From: Octopus vulgaris
Taxonomy: Eukaryota
DNA length: 64,000 bases
Reading direction: 5' to 3'
Assembly (NCBI GenBank): GCA_951406725.2
Contig: OX597818.1
Span: 56,854,001 to 56,918,000, forward strand
Position 1 is the stretch's first letter; each line of letters starts with the position of its first letter. The notes below the pieces were generated by a model. It was given only the letters and a program-made list of their open reading frames with translations. It searched no databases and was not told where the DNA came from. Below are positions 41,405 through 53,738 of this stretch, in pieces. The translations under genes were made by a program, and so were the position numbers.

Positions 41405-41797
41405 ATTTTATTTTATCTAGTTTCAGCTCACGAGCTGTGGCCATGCTGGGGCACCGCCATTTGGTGTTGCTACATGGTTTTACTTCACGAATGCTTTTTA
41501 GCAACTGCCATTTGGTGCATGAGAGAGTTTGATGCAGCTGCCCTCATCTGCACCTCCTGCCGTGAAGTTGGTTCATCTGGGATACCTGACAAGAAGAGAT
41601 CCAGTTTCATTTTAAAGACATCTGCATCCACCCCATGCAGGTCTCTTAGGTTCTTTGGGAGGATATTGAAGAGCTGTGGGCCTCGGAAGCCCAGGCTATC
41701 ACAGTATCTTGTCCTACATCTTGATGGCAAATTTGGAGTCCTTGGCACCCCGCAGTGGCGCCCAGTTCTGACATTTGTGTAACTCTCGATGCCAAAG
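41405..41797 (-). mobile_element. CR1-group LINE 3' fragment
   Basis: GPQLFNILPK..FKMKLDLFLSGIPDEP..NSL aligns to the C-terminus of the 32027 ORF (GPALFNITP..FKKSLDKFLQTVPDKP..NSL). Confidence 0.85.
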
Positions 41798-42395
41798 GTA
41801 TATACATAATGTTTTAAGTGAAAAATTCAGTGGTTAAGTTAGTAATTATGAATACTTATAAACCATTGTATTATTCTAAATAATTAAGAATGTTTAATGA
41901 CTGGTTACAGTCATTAAAACATTCCATTACGAAATAGTCAAATCACTCAATTACTTGGTTTTTAAATACTGGATTAAACTTTGAACTTTGACCTTTACAT
42001 TGTCAAAGCAAAAGATTAAATCCAATGAAACCAAAATTAACTAAAACTATTGTCACACCTATTGACTAAAAATCTCCCTATATCTACCCACATCCTTTTT
42101 TTGTGAATCACTAAGAAACAATCCCATGACGTAAATTGGACGTACTTAAATATACACACCTGCTTACAAAGTTCTACAGGTATGAATAAATTCTAAACAA
42201 TAACATGATCCCAAATTAAACCAATAAAAATTTCTCCAAAACACCTCTCCATAACAACCCACCCTACAACGAGAGAATAACCTTTCCACTCAAACCCAAT
42301 GGAGATTTTAATTCAACAGAAACTATATTGAGCCAAGATGAACTTCAATGCATCCCGGTCTGATGATGGCTTTCCTTTTTTAATTTTCTCTCCCT

Positions 42396-42689
42396 TTTCA
42401 AGCCTAGCCAGGCTCATGGGCCCGGTTTCCCGGTTTCTGTGGCGTATGTGTTCCCTCCAGCTGGACGGGACGCCAGTCCATCGCCACGTTAATCAAGAAA
42501 CAGGAAGAGAGAGTGAGAGAAAGTTGTGGTGAAAGAGTACAACAGGAGTTGCCCCCCCCCCTGCTGGAGCCTCGTGGAGCTTTTAGGTGTTTTGCTCAAT
42601 AAACACACACATCGCTCGGTCTGGGAATCGAAACCGCAATCCTCCGACCACGAGTCCGCTGCCCTAACCACTGGGCCATTGCACCTCCA
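42396..42689 (-). mobile_element. SINE family C
   Basis: Reverse-complement match to the head at 16878. Confidence 0.85.
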
Positions 42690-44000
42690 CCTGATGATGG
42701 CATACCTGAGCGAAACTTCAAAGTCACTATCAGCAATATTTTTGTTGAAGAATAATAAAGTTGAGCTCTACAACCATAGGGATTAATGTAAACTTTTTCC
42801 CTTTCATCATAACTGAACATTTTAAGGTAATGAGCTGGGCAAGAGGATTATTAGCATTTTGTCAATCTTTATGTTCTGAGTTCAAATTCAACCAAAGTCA
42901 GCATCATCTTTAATCATTTTGGGGTTGATAAAATGAGTACCAGTTGAACACTGGGATTGATGTAATCAATTTAGCATCACCCCCACCAAAAAAAAAAAAA
43001 GAAAGAAATTACTGGCCTTGTGCCAAAATTTAATCATTAGAACTGGACATAAAAGTAAATATTAGTATATACTCTTCTTTGATGGAATAAATTTTTGATT
43101 GCATGTTCTGGCCACTGATATATTTGCAAATAATTTTGAATTGTTTACGATATATCCTGCGTAATATATTTTTACATTCATTCCTCTTCTTTTGCTATTT
43201 ATTTTTCACTCATATCCAGTTTTTTGCTGTGGCTCATTTAACTGGTTTCTTCTTATAAGCACTGCACATGATGTTTGAATTTGGAATTTGAATTGTTTAG
43301 ATAGAGATCGACACATTATTCTTGCCTATCAGAACACATGTTAAGCACCAAGGTATGTTTTTTTGTGCTAAAATCTATGTACAGGAATGGATCCACTTTT
43401 GGTTCCTAACTTCGAAATTGTAATAGAAGACTAATCTTTTATTTTCATTTAAATTTTGGATTCTTATGTCATGTTGCTTGCTGACAGCTTTTATAGTTGA
43501 AGAGATTAAATATGAGTGATTATAGTAGCTTTATAGCGGTTTACTGCTATTTCTAGATATGTAAATGTTTTTATAAACCTCTCTCTTATAATTGTGATTT
43601 ATTCACAATTATATGGTCTTCTTTGATAAAATAAATTTTTGATTGCATGTCCTGGCCACTGATATATATTCGTTAATAATTTTGAATTGTTTACGATATG
43701 TCCTGTGTAATGTATTTTTACACTCACTCCTCTTCTTTTATATATATATACATATAGTAAAAAACGGGAGGAAGAAATTTCGATTTTTCCCATGCAGTGA
43801 GTTGTAATACAAAAAATATATATATGAAGAACATAGGCTAAAAACGTCTTAAGAAAATATGAAATCACAATAATTTCAATGTCATGATTAGCAAAAGTGA
43901 AACCGGTCAACAAGCACAATACTCTTTCATTTAAAATATATCAAAACTATGTAAACTGTATGCATTTTCCTTCTTTTAGTTTATATATACATACATACAT

Positions 44001-44105
<105 letters not shown>

Positions 44106-44343
44106 TACACACTATGTATGTATATATAGTATTCTGTTGAAGCTGAAACACTTCAGAAACTGTTGTTCTGGGTTTCATGTAACCAGTCATTAAACATTCT
44201 TGATTATTTAGAATAATACAATGGTTTATAAGTATTCATAATTATTAACCTAACCACTGAATTTTTCACTTAAAACATTCTGTATATACCTATATATATA
44301 TATATATATGCTTTATTTAAAGCAGCAGAAAATTCAACAAAAC

Positions 44344-44381
44344 CTGTTACTCTGAGTTTCCTGTTGCCGTTCGTCGGACAG
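44344..44381 (-). ncRNA. Type-I hammerhead motif (U4C core) in an inverted-repeat insert spanning ~44306-44560
   Basis: Minus strand reads CTGT|CCGACGA|acggcaacag|GAAA|CTC-A-GAG-TA^|ACAG. Stem II is degenerate. Confidence 0.6.
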
Positions 44382-44627
44382 TTTTTGCTAGAATGGAACC
44401 GATATGTGAATTCTATCCAGACTATTACAAACGCTACACAGGTTTTGTTGAATTTTCTGCTGCTTTAAATAAAGCATATTACTCTACCACTGGTATTTGA
44501 GTACTCTTTTTTCCACCTTGTTTCACACCTTGTTTCACATTTATGTGTTTACTCCGGTATATACATATATATTGTCAAGAAGGCCGAGGGTGTCTTGGCA
44601 TCACTCAGCAAGACTTTTGTTAGCCGC

Positions 44628-45155
44628 TCTCCTGTATACAGCTATGGTACGACCACACTTGGAATTCGCATCATCAGTTTGGAATCCCTATCTTGCTCAG
44701 AACATTGACCTCCTGGAATCTGTCCAGAGACGTGCACCCAAACGCATACCCTCCATCAGACACCTACCATATTCTGAGCGCCTTGTTTCCCTGGGCATGG
44801 ATTCACTGAAGCTCCGGCGTCTGGCGACGGACTTGGTAAACGCCCACAAGGTTATCAACCACCTCACCAACAACAACACTGAACACCTTTTTGATCTCCA
44901 TGTGTCTAACACACGTGGACATGCCTACAAAGTCAGAAAACAGCACAGCTCCCATGACTTTCGGAAACATTTTTTCACGCTCAGGGTTGCTGAAGCATGG
45001 AATAAACTGCCTGCATCAGTTGTTGACTGCCATGACACTGCATCCTTTAAGGCCCTCATGCTTCCCGAAATCCGTCGAAACTACACCTGATTATATATAC
45101 ACTTTAGATGAGTTGTAGTGCACCTGAGCACTGTACACAATTATTATTATTATTA

Positions 45156-45160
<5 letters not shown>
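44628..45160 (+). mobile_element. CR1 LINE 3' fragment with (ATT)n tail
   Basis: LYTAMVRPHLEFASSVWNPY..LESVQRRA..YSERL..L..RR..TRGH..FF..RV...WN.LP. Confidence 0.9.
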
Positions 45161-45201
<41 letters not shown>

Positions 45202-45384
45202 ATATAATCAATAATAACAAAGGGTAAAATTAATTAATTAACTAGTAATCAATAATTTCACCAAGTAGAATTCGGCATGAAAAAGGACCATTTCATGGTG
45301 AGGAAATAGCTAAGGTTCTTTTGGCTGCTATTTCTAAACTTCGGTATGTGGTAAAGCAAATCTTTGCTGAACCCTATTATAAAG

Positions 45385-45454
<70 letters not shown>

Positions 45455-45649
45455 ACACATATGTTACAAAACAGGAAGCTGGAGAAATTTTTGGTAAATT
45501 ATTCAACTTCCTGTTTTGTTACATAAACTTGGCAAACAATATTTGCAGAATTTTCAATTCCATACAACCCTAAGTACACAGTGGATTGTAATACAAGAAG
45601 AAGCAGACAGGTTCCAAGAGCATGCAGTCTTATATTTTACCCTTCCTAC

Positions 45650-45731
<82 letters not shown>

Positions 45732-45734
45732 ATC

Positions 45735-46143
45735 TTTACTCTTTTTACTCTTTTACTTGTTTCAGTCATTTGATTGTGGCCATGCTGGAGCACCACCTTT
45801 AGTCGAGCAAATCGACCCCAGGACTTATTCTTTGTAAGCCCAGTACTTATTCTATCGGTCTCTTTTGCCGAACCGCTAAGTGACGGGGACGTAAACACAC
45901 CAGCATCGGTTGTCAAGCAATACTAGAGGGACAAACACAGACACACAAACATATACACACACATACATATATATATATACATATATACATATATACAACA
46001 GGCTACCAAATCCACTCACAAGGCTTTGGTCGGACCAAGGCTATAGTAGAAGACACTCGCCCAAGGTGCCACACAGTGGGAATGAACCCAGAACCATTTG
46101 GTTTGTAAGCAGGCTACTTACAACACAACCACTCCTTCCCCTT
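45735..46143 (-). mobile_element. SINE family A
   Basis: Near full-length match. Confidence 0.85.
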
Positions 46144-46181
46144 TCCGATATATACATACATATACATACATACACACATAC

Positions 46182-46266
<85 letters not shown>

Positions 46267-46276
46267 GCATTAATAT

Positions 46277-46660
46277 TTACATATGGTGGAGTCTCTGGTC
46301 CTGAACGACAAGTGAGGGTTCAGTAAAACAAAGCAGTAATGATATTCTATGGACATGAATGTGTCTCTTGAGGCCTGCTGGTGCCTTGCAAACATTTTGG
46401 CAAAGGGAACAAGTTGAGGACTGAGTTTGCTTGAGTGCTTGTGGATCATTTACTACGTGTTTTCTTGAGTGAACAGCAAGGCCTGCTTTGCCTTGTGCCA
46501 CAAAACCACAATGACATGTAAATTTTTTAGTTAGAGGAGCAGCATTTTACCAGTGTGTCTTCATGCTTTTCATGAAGTTTGTTCTGATGTTGGAGTTTGA
46601 CTTTTCTCAAATCTTTGAACTGAGGGGAAACAGGACTGGCACCAGGCCCTGCATTTTGAT
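46277..46660 (-). pseudogene. Decayed RTE-type C-terminus with two C2H2-like fingers
   Basis: CHCGFVAQGKAGLAVHSRKH..CSLCQNVCKAPAGLKRHIHVH, preceded by a W....V..FE motif in a broken frame. Confidence 0.55.
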
Positions 46661-47034
46661 GCTGTAGTGTGAGGGAAGAAAGGGACAACAGAAAAAGAAG
46701 CAAACGGGAGAGAGAAATACAAAAGGCCTTACCTGTTGACCTCGGCGAAATCAGCGGTCACTCTCACGAATTAAACACGTCTTGTCACTCTGCCGTCTCT
46801 GCGCGAACTGACCACACGTGTTTCCTGCCCACGCATGCCCTCTGCCAGTCTTGCCGGCCCCTGCAAGCCTTACTTCTGTTCACCTCATCTGCAAACCCTT
46901 CCACCAACACCACATAACACCATCACAGCCCATAACACTACTAACACCACAGATGCTTTGTTTTTCCAGGAAGAAAAGGGAATGTTGTGCACACGCGTGT
47001 GTGTATAGGTCACATTGCCTGACAGAGGCAATGC

Positions 47035-47428
47035 GGCCAATGCCAGTGCTGCATAACTTGCTTCTGTGCTGGTGATATGTAAAAACCACCATTTGAGCAT
47101 TGGTCCTCACAGAGGCAATGACAAATGACCGAGACCCTTGGCAATATGCATTGCTTTAGAAGTAGACCCATCAAGCCAAGTGAAATCATAGTTGTGGCAG
47201 ATACTGGTGTCATGCAACTGGCACCCGTGATGGTGGCACGTAAAAGCACCCATTACACTCTTGGAGTGGTTGGCATTAGGAAGGGCACCTACTGGTAGAA
47301 ACCATGCCAAGTCAGACTGGAGTCTGGTGCAGTCCCTCAACTTGCCAGCCCTGGTCAAATTGTCCAAACCATACCAGCATGGACTATGGGCATTAACTGA
47401 TGATGATGTTGATGATGATGATGATGAT
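47035..47428 (+). mobile_element. RTE LINE 3' end
   Basis: Common 3' UTR plus GAT tail. Confidence 0.75.
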
Positions 47429-47460
47429 ATATATACATATATATAGAAACTGAAAGAAGC

Positions 47461-47521
<61 letters not shown>

Positions 47522-48304
47522 TGGCTTCTTTCAGTTTCTGTCTACCAAATCCACTCACAAGGCTTTGGTCAACCTGAAGTGTTAATTGAAGACACTTGCT
47601 CAAGGTTCCATGCAGTGGGATTGAACCTGGAACCACGTGGTCATGAAGCAATCTTCTTTCCACACAGCCATGCCTGATCCTATACATAAATATATAAATA
47701 TATCCTTTAATTTAATCATTGAACAGTTGGAATAATTTCTCTGCCTCTCAGTGCCTACTTTTTCTTTCTTTGTGTGTATGTGTTTGTGTATCAAATAGTA
47801 ATTTCGTCTCTCCCTCTCCTTCCTTCCTTCCGTCCTTCCTCTGCCCACTCTCTTTCCATCCATTTATCTATCCACCAGAAAACCATTTCCTGTTAATCAC
47901 TTCTGCATTTTTCTTCTTATTATTATATCTCTGTGTCTCGCTCACTCAAACAGCAGGCTTTATTTAATTCTTGACAATTCTTGCATCAACAAAATTGAAT
48001 TACATGTTCAACATATAAGGTCGTCACTACCTCACTAATTCTATGCTTTAAGCATAGCTGTGTGGTTAAGCAGATCATTTTGCAACCATGTGATTTAGGG
48101 TTCAGTCCCACTGCACAGCACCTTGTGTCTTCTATTATAGCCTTATCTATAATAGCCTTGCCTATAGCCCTGTCTATAGCACTTTATCATCATCATCATC
48201 ATCATCATCATCATTTAGCGTCCGTTCTCCATGCTAGCATGGGTTGGACGGTTCAACTGGGGTCTGTGAAGCTGGAAGGCTTCATCATTATGTCTTCTAT
48301 TATA

Positions 48305-48952
48305 CGTCCCCATGACTTAGCAGTTATGGGGACATAGACACACCAGCATTGGTTGTCAAGCAATGTTGGCGGAACAAACACAGACGCAGAAACACACACA
48401 CACACACACACACACATACATATGACAGGCTTCTTTCAGTTTCTGTCTACTAAATCCACTCACAAAGCTTTGGTCAGCCTGAAACTTTAGAAGAAGACAC
48501 TTGCCCAAAGTGCCACGCAGTAGGACTGAACCCGGAACCATGTGGTTGGGAAGCAAGCTACTTACCACACAGCCACTCCTGTTCCTGTAATAGTCATATT
48601 TTCTCTTTCTTTTTCTCCAACAGAATTTATCTAAGATAAAATAATTGGCTGTGTGGTAAGTAGCTTGCTTACCAACCACATGGTTCCGGGTTAATTCCCA
48701 CTGCGTGGCACCTTGGGCAAGTGTCTTCTACTCTAGCCTTGGCCCGACCAAAGCTTTGTGAGTGGATTTGGTAGATGGAAACTGAAAGAATCCCGTAATA
48801 TATATGTATCATCACCATCATCATCGTTTGACGTCCGCTTTCCATGCTAGCATGGGTTGGACGATTTTGACTGATGGCTGGCGAACCAGATGGCTGCACC
48901 AGGCTCCAATCTTGATCTGGCAGAGTTTCTACGGCTGGATGCCCTTCCTAAC

Positions 48953-49013
<61 letters not shown>

Positions 49014-49230
49014 CTGTGTTTGTGTGCCTGTGTTTGTCCCCCCAACATCGCTTGACAACCAATGCTGGTGTGTTTACGTCCCCGTAACCTAGCAGTTCGG
49101 CAAAAGACCCCGATAGAATAAGTACTAGACTTACAAAGAATGAGTCTTGGGGTCGATTTGCTTGACTAAATGCGGTGCTCAAGCATGGCCGCAGTCAAAC
49201 GACTTGAACAAGTAAATGAGTAAAAGACTA
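48305..49230. mobile_element. Head-to-head SINE A pair; the right copy carries a nested RTE tail (48807-48955)
   Basis: Minus copy at 48305-48583, plus copy at 48647-49230. Confidence 0.85.
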
Positions 49231-49439
49231 AAACAGTATATATTTTTAAGTTGGTAAGATGCGATACGAGTGGAACATGGTTGCTACTTCTAGCTGATCA
49301 AGTAAGTGCAGACAGGCTTCTCTCTTCGTTAAAGCTGTTTACTGGCAAAGATTCTTATCAATCAAGTTCTGTGCTATCGTTTACTTCTATGGTTTCATGG
49401 TAACACTTAATCATTCTAAATATCCAACAACATATTGTT

Positions 49440-49606
49440 TATCTGTGTGTGCGCATTAGGGTGTATGTATATGTGTATGTATGTATGTATGTGTTTAATG
49501 TATCTACGCTTATCTATGTAGGTGTGTACCTATATGATGTATAATTGTATGCGTGTATGTATACATCGTATGTATGGATATACGTGAGTGTGTTTATGTG
49601 TATAAG

Positions 49607-49638
<32 letters not shown>

Positions 49639-49676
49639 TATATATATGTATATATATATGTATATACATATATATA

Positions 49677-49722
<46 letters not shown>

Positions 49723-49875
49723 TATAAATATTTATATACATATATTATATATACACATATATATATACATATATATATACATACATATATTATATATACA
49801 CATATATATATACATATATATATACATACATATATATATATATACATATATATACATATATTTATATATATATAC

Positions 49876-49907
<32 letters not shown>

Positions 49908-50080
49908 GCATATATATACATATATATATATATACATATATATGTATATGTGTATATATATATGTATATATATATGTATATATATATATGTATATATATA
50001 TATGTATATATGTATATATATATGTATATACACATACACATAACAGATACACACACACATACACACTTGTACATACATGA
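49440..50080. repeat. (TA)n compound microsatellite
   Basis: Direct inspection. Confidence 0.95.
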
Positions 50081-50624
50081 ATATGTATTTGTTTTACAAG
50101 ATACTTGATGCAACATTGTGTGTTGAAACAGATATTATTACAAGTGGGGATGGCCATATTTTTTCAATTAAACACTTGCACTAGCGTGTGTGTGTGCTTA
50201 ATTGGCGAAACATGACCATCCCCAAGTATAACAGTATATATCATCATTATCATCATCATCATCATTTAGCATATGTTGTTCATGCTGGCATGGGTTGGAT
50301 GGTAAGTAGCTTGCTTCCCAACCACATGGTTCAGGGTTCAGTCCCACTGCGTGGCACCTTGGGCAAGTGTCCTATTTTATAGCCTTAGGCCGAACAAAGT
50401 CTTGTGAGTGGATTTTGTAGACAGAAACTGAAGGAAGCTCATCATAACTGATGGAATGCCACGATAAAATGATGATTTAGTGACTGGACGATTTAGTGTC
50501 TATTTCCAGCATATAGGCATGGTCCCCTCTGTGCCATTAATCACAATTGTATTTTATTCTATTACAAATTTCTGGGTATCAATTTACCTAAATAGGTAAA
50601 TTATATGCTGGCCACTCTCTCTCT

Positions 50625-51023
50625 CTTTTACTCTTTTACTTGTTTCAGTGATTTGACAGTGGCCATGCTGGAGCACCGCCTTTAGTCGAGCAAATCGACC
50701 CCAGGACTTATTCTTTGTAAGCCTAGTATTTATTCTATCGGTCTCTTTTGCTGAACCGCTAAGTTACAGGGACGTAAACACACCAGCATCGGTTGTCAAG
50801 CAATGTTGGGGGAACAAACACAGACACACAAACATATACACACACATATATATATATACATATATACGACGGGCTTCTTTCAGTTTCCGTCTACCAAATC
50901 CACTCACAAGGCTTTGGTCGGCTCGAGGCTATAGTAGAAGACACTTGCCCAAGGTGCCACACAGTGGGACTGAATCCGGAACCATGTGGTTGGTTAGCAA
51001 GCTGCTTACCACACAGCCACTCC
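50625..51023 (-). mobile_element. SINE family A
   Basis: Full-length match. Confidence 0.9.
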
Positions 51024-51080
51024 AACGCCACTGATAAAATTTTTAATGATTTTATCCTTTAATTATATATATATATATTT

Positions 51081-51525
51081 ATAGAATGGTTGTATACTGT
51101 CAATCTGACACGAACGTGACAGTAGGGGTGTACACCACCGCTGTTTAGCCCTAGGAAGCATCGACGCCTCCTGATGGCTTTGACACATTTCTCCTGTGTC
51201 CTTATATACATTTACGAAGGGGAGACAAATACCCCCAGCCGCCAGGGCTGCATCTAGGGACATGTGTTTCAGGATGATTGTCCTTCGTCGGCCTAGACTA
51301 GCAGACACTGGTCAGCTGATGATATTTGCTTCGACTTCGTAATGTATATATCTAAATTTCAGTGAAGTCTATTCACTGATTATCATAATCAGAAATACTA
51401 AATTTCTAAATCTTTCATAGAGACATGTACGGTGGTGGGGCGTTCGTATTAGATTGACAGTATACAACCATTCTATCGCCCCACCACCGTACATGTCTCT
51501 ATGAGAGATTTAGAAATTTAGTATT

Positions 51526-51528
<3 letters not shown>
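51081..51528 (-). mobile_element. Retrozyme/Penelope-like non-coding element: 362-bp monomer plus an inverted junction copy
   Basis: Hammerhead at 51253-51297. 51441-51528 is the reverse complement of the monomer end joined to the monomer start. (TA)n on both sides. Confidence 0.8.
51253..51297 (-). ncRNA. Type-I hammerhead ribozyme motif
   Basis: Minus strand reads TCTAGG|CCGACGA|AGGA-caatca-TCCT|GAAA|C-ACAT-GTC^|CCTAGA, with perfect stems I and II. Confidence 0.8.
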
Positions 51529-51570
<42 letters not shown>

Positions 51571-51874
51571 CTTTTATTCTTTTATTTGTTTCAATCATTT
51601 GACTGTGGTCATGCTGGAGCACTGCTTTTACAAAGAATAAGTCCTGGGGGTGATTTGTTCGAATAAAGCCCTTTAAGGTGGTGCTCCAGCATGGCTGCAG
51701 TCAAATGACTGAAACAAGTAAAGGAATTAAAGAATAAAAAATACAAGAATAAAAGAATTGCACAATCGTTTCAAGGTAGAACACAACTCTGTTTTGTGAC
51801 ACAGATTCAAATTCTTGAGTTCATATTTACTGCAGAGCTGTTTGTAGTTCAGCAGTAAATTTAATAGAAATGTT

Positions 51875-52347
51875 ACATTTCTAAATCTCTCAGAGAGAGT
51901 GTTGCAGTAACAGCATGATAAAGTGATGGCTTGTTGCTAACTTAATGTGGCAGTCCCAGGAAAGGGAAGAATGTTACTGTTATTTAGCCCTAAGAAACAT
52001 CGTTTCTAGTTGGCTGCACGACACAAGCGTTCTGTGTTCTTAAGTTTTCAAACAGGGGAGAAAAGCACCTCCACCTAACAAAGCCAGCATTCAGAGACAA
52101 GTTTCAGGGTTATTGCTCTTCATTAGTCTGGGGTAGTTTGGCCTTGCTAGATGTCACTGCTAATCCGTTGTTGAAAACTTATAGGATTTCAAGTGATATA
52201 CATTCTCTGATCTTCAAAAATATCTCAGAGTGAGTTATGCAGTAACAGCACAACAAAGTGATGGCTTGTTGCCATTTTAATGTGAGTCCCAGGAAAGGGA
52301 AGAATGTTACTGTTATTTAGTCCCAAGAAACACCGTTTTTAGTTGGC
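51875..52347 (-). mobile_element. Retrozyme-like tandem repeat (~335-bp period, ~1.4 units) with a hammerhead at 52092-52130
   Basis: 51888-52014 is repeated at 52223-52347. Minus strand reads CAGA|CTAATGA|AGAG-caataa-CCCT|GAAA|C-TT-GTC^|TCTG. Homologous to the 51081 element. Confidence 0.7.
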
Positions 52348-52696
52348 AATGCTCCAAAACCCACTGCGATAGGTGAAAATCCGTCAAGTAGAAACAATAC
52401 TGTACTGTGTATTTTTGTTTTTCTACTTTTGCAACTTGTATATATTTATTATATTATAAATGCAAAACAACAACACATACTCGCCTCCTGATTTTTGTTT
52501 TCCATACAGTATGTGCGATTCTTTGTTTCCTCATCAACGGTACACTACATATTTTCTTTTAATATATTTTAATTAATGTGTTATACAGTGCAGTACTGTA
52601 CTGTGTTTTTATTTATTAATTTTTAGGTGTGAACATGCTTATTTTACCACAAAAATAATTAAAATCTAAATAAATATAGATACCTATCGACTGCAG

Positions 52697-52841
52697 GTAT
52701 AGGAGTGGCAGTGTGGTAAGTAACTTGCTTACCAACCACGTTGTTCCGTGTTTAGTCCCACTACGTGGCACCTTGGGCAAGTGTCTTCTACTATAGTCTG
52801 ATCAAAGCCTTGTGAGTGGATTTGGTAGATGGAAGCCCGTC

Positions 52842-52889
<48 letters not shown>

Positions 52890-53315
52890 ACCATGATAGA
52901 TCAGTAGCCACTACACTCATTTTTTTCTCTCCTTGTTTTTTCTGTGTCCCTTCCTGTAGAAGAGTGTAGGCTCGAAACGTAAAAGACTTTTTCTATTCCT
53001 GAGCGTTAAACTAATACTTCAGTTTGTTTTCTACACCACCTGTCTTCGTCTTTTGTTTTTTTCGTGAATTCTCTCCATATATATATATATATATATGTAT
53101 ATCTTTTTGTGTCTATGTTTGCCCTCCCAACATAGCTTGGCAACTGATGTTGGTGTGATTACGTCCCCGTAACTTAGCAGTTCAGCAAAAGACACTGATA
53201 GAATAAGTACTAAGCTTACAAAGAATAAGTCCTAGGGTCGATTTGCTCTCCTAAAGGCGGTGCTCCAGCATGGCTGCAGTCAAATGACTGAAACAAATAA
53301 AAGAATAAAAGAATA
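52697..53315 (+). mobile_element. SINE family A with a Penelope-like insert (52890-53076; hammerhead-like motif 52951-52984)
   Basis: CTGTAGA-A-GAGT-gtag-GCTC-GAAA-C-GTA-aaag, inside the SINE (TA)n. Confidence 0.75.
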
Positions 53316-53641
53316 TATTAGCCAGAAAAATCCACAATGTGCTGAGGGCAGAATAGGTGAACCTCAATATGGCAAGTGATTACTGTATACCTTAGTTCAT
53401 CTCTAAAGATGTGGTTGCTGCCTACAAGATCAGCCTGGGGTTAAACTAGTAGTAACATGGAACAACCACTTTGATTTGGTGACTGACTTTACTTTATGGT
53501 ATTGTTACTACCCTGATCTCTTCTTGAGATTTTACGACTAGCTCTTTTGCTTGTTGCAAATCAGTGACCAATGGTCACTTTTTTTTACAATATATTGCTG
53601 GCTGGAGTGGTCTCTGGCTGTTGCTCAGACGGCCAGGTTTA

Positions 53642-53688
53642 CATGACTGAGGATGAATTAAGCAGCTTGAAACTGGGTCAGTCTTGTG
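53642..53688 (+). ncRNA. Type-I hammerhead motif, array unit 1
   Basis: CATGA|CTGAGGA|T-gaattaagcagctt|GAAA|CTG-GGT-CAG-TC^|TTGTG. Confidence 0.7.
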
Positions 53689-53738
53689 ATTCTGCTGTCT
53701 GCTAGAGGATGGTAGGGGTTCATTACCCCTGCTAGCAA

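Noticed and set aside
43301-43352. Possible 52-nt exon (AG..AAG|GTATGT)
   Set aside because: Weak acceptor, no recognisable peptide, and it lies inside a probable repeat.
46340-46520. C2H2 zinc-finger host gene (a family expanded in cephalopods)
   Set aside because: No TGEKP linkers, a broken upstream frame, and RTE-like context.
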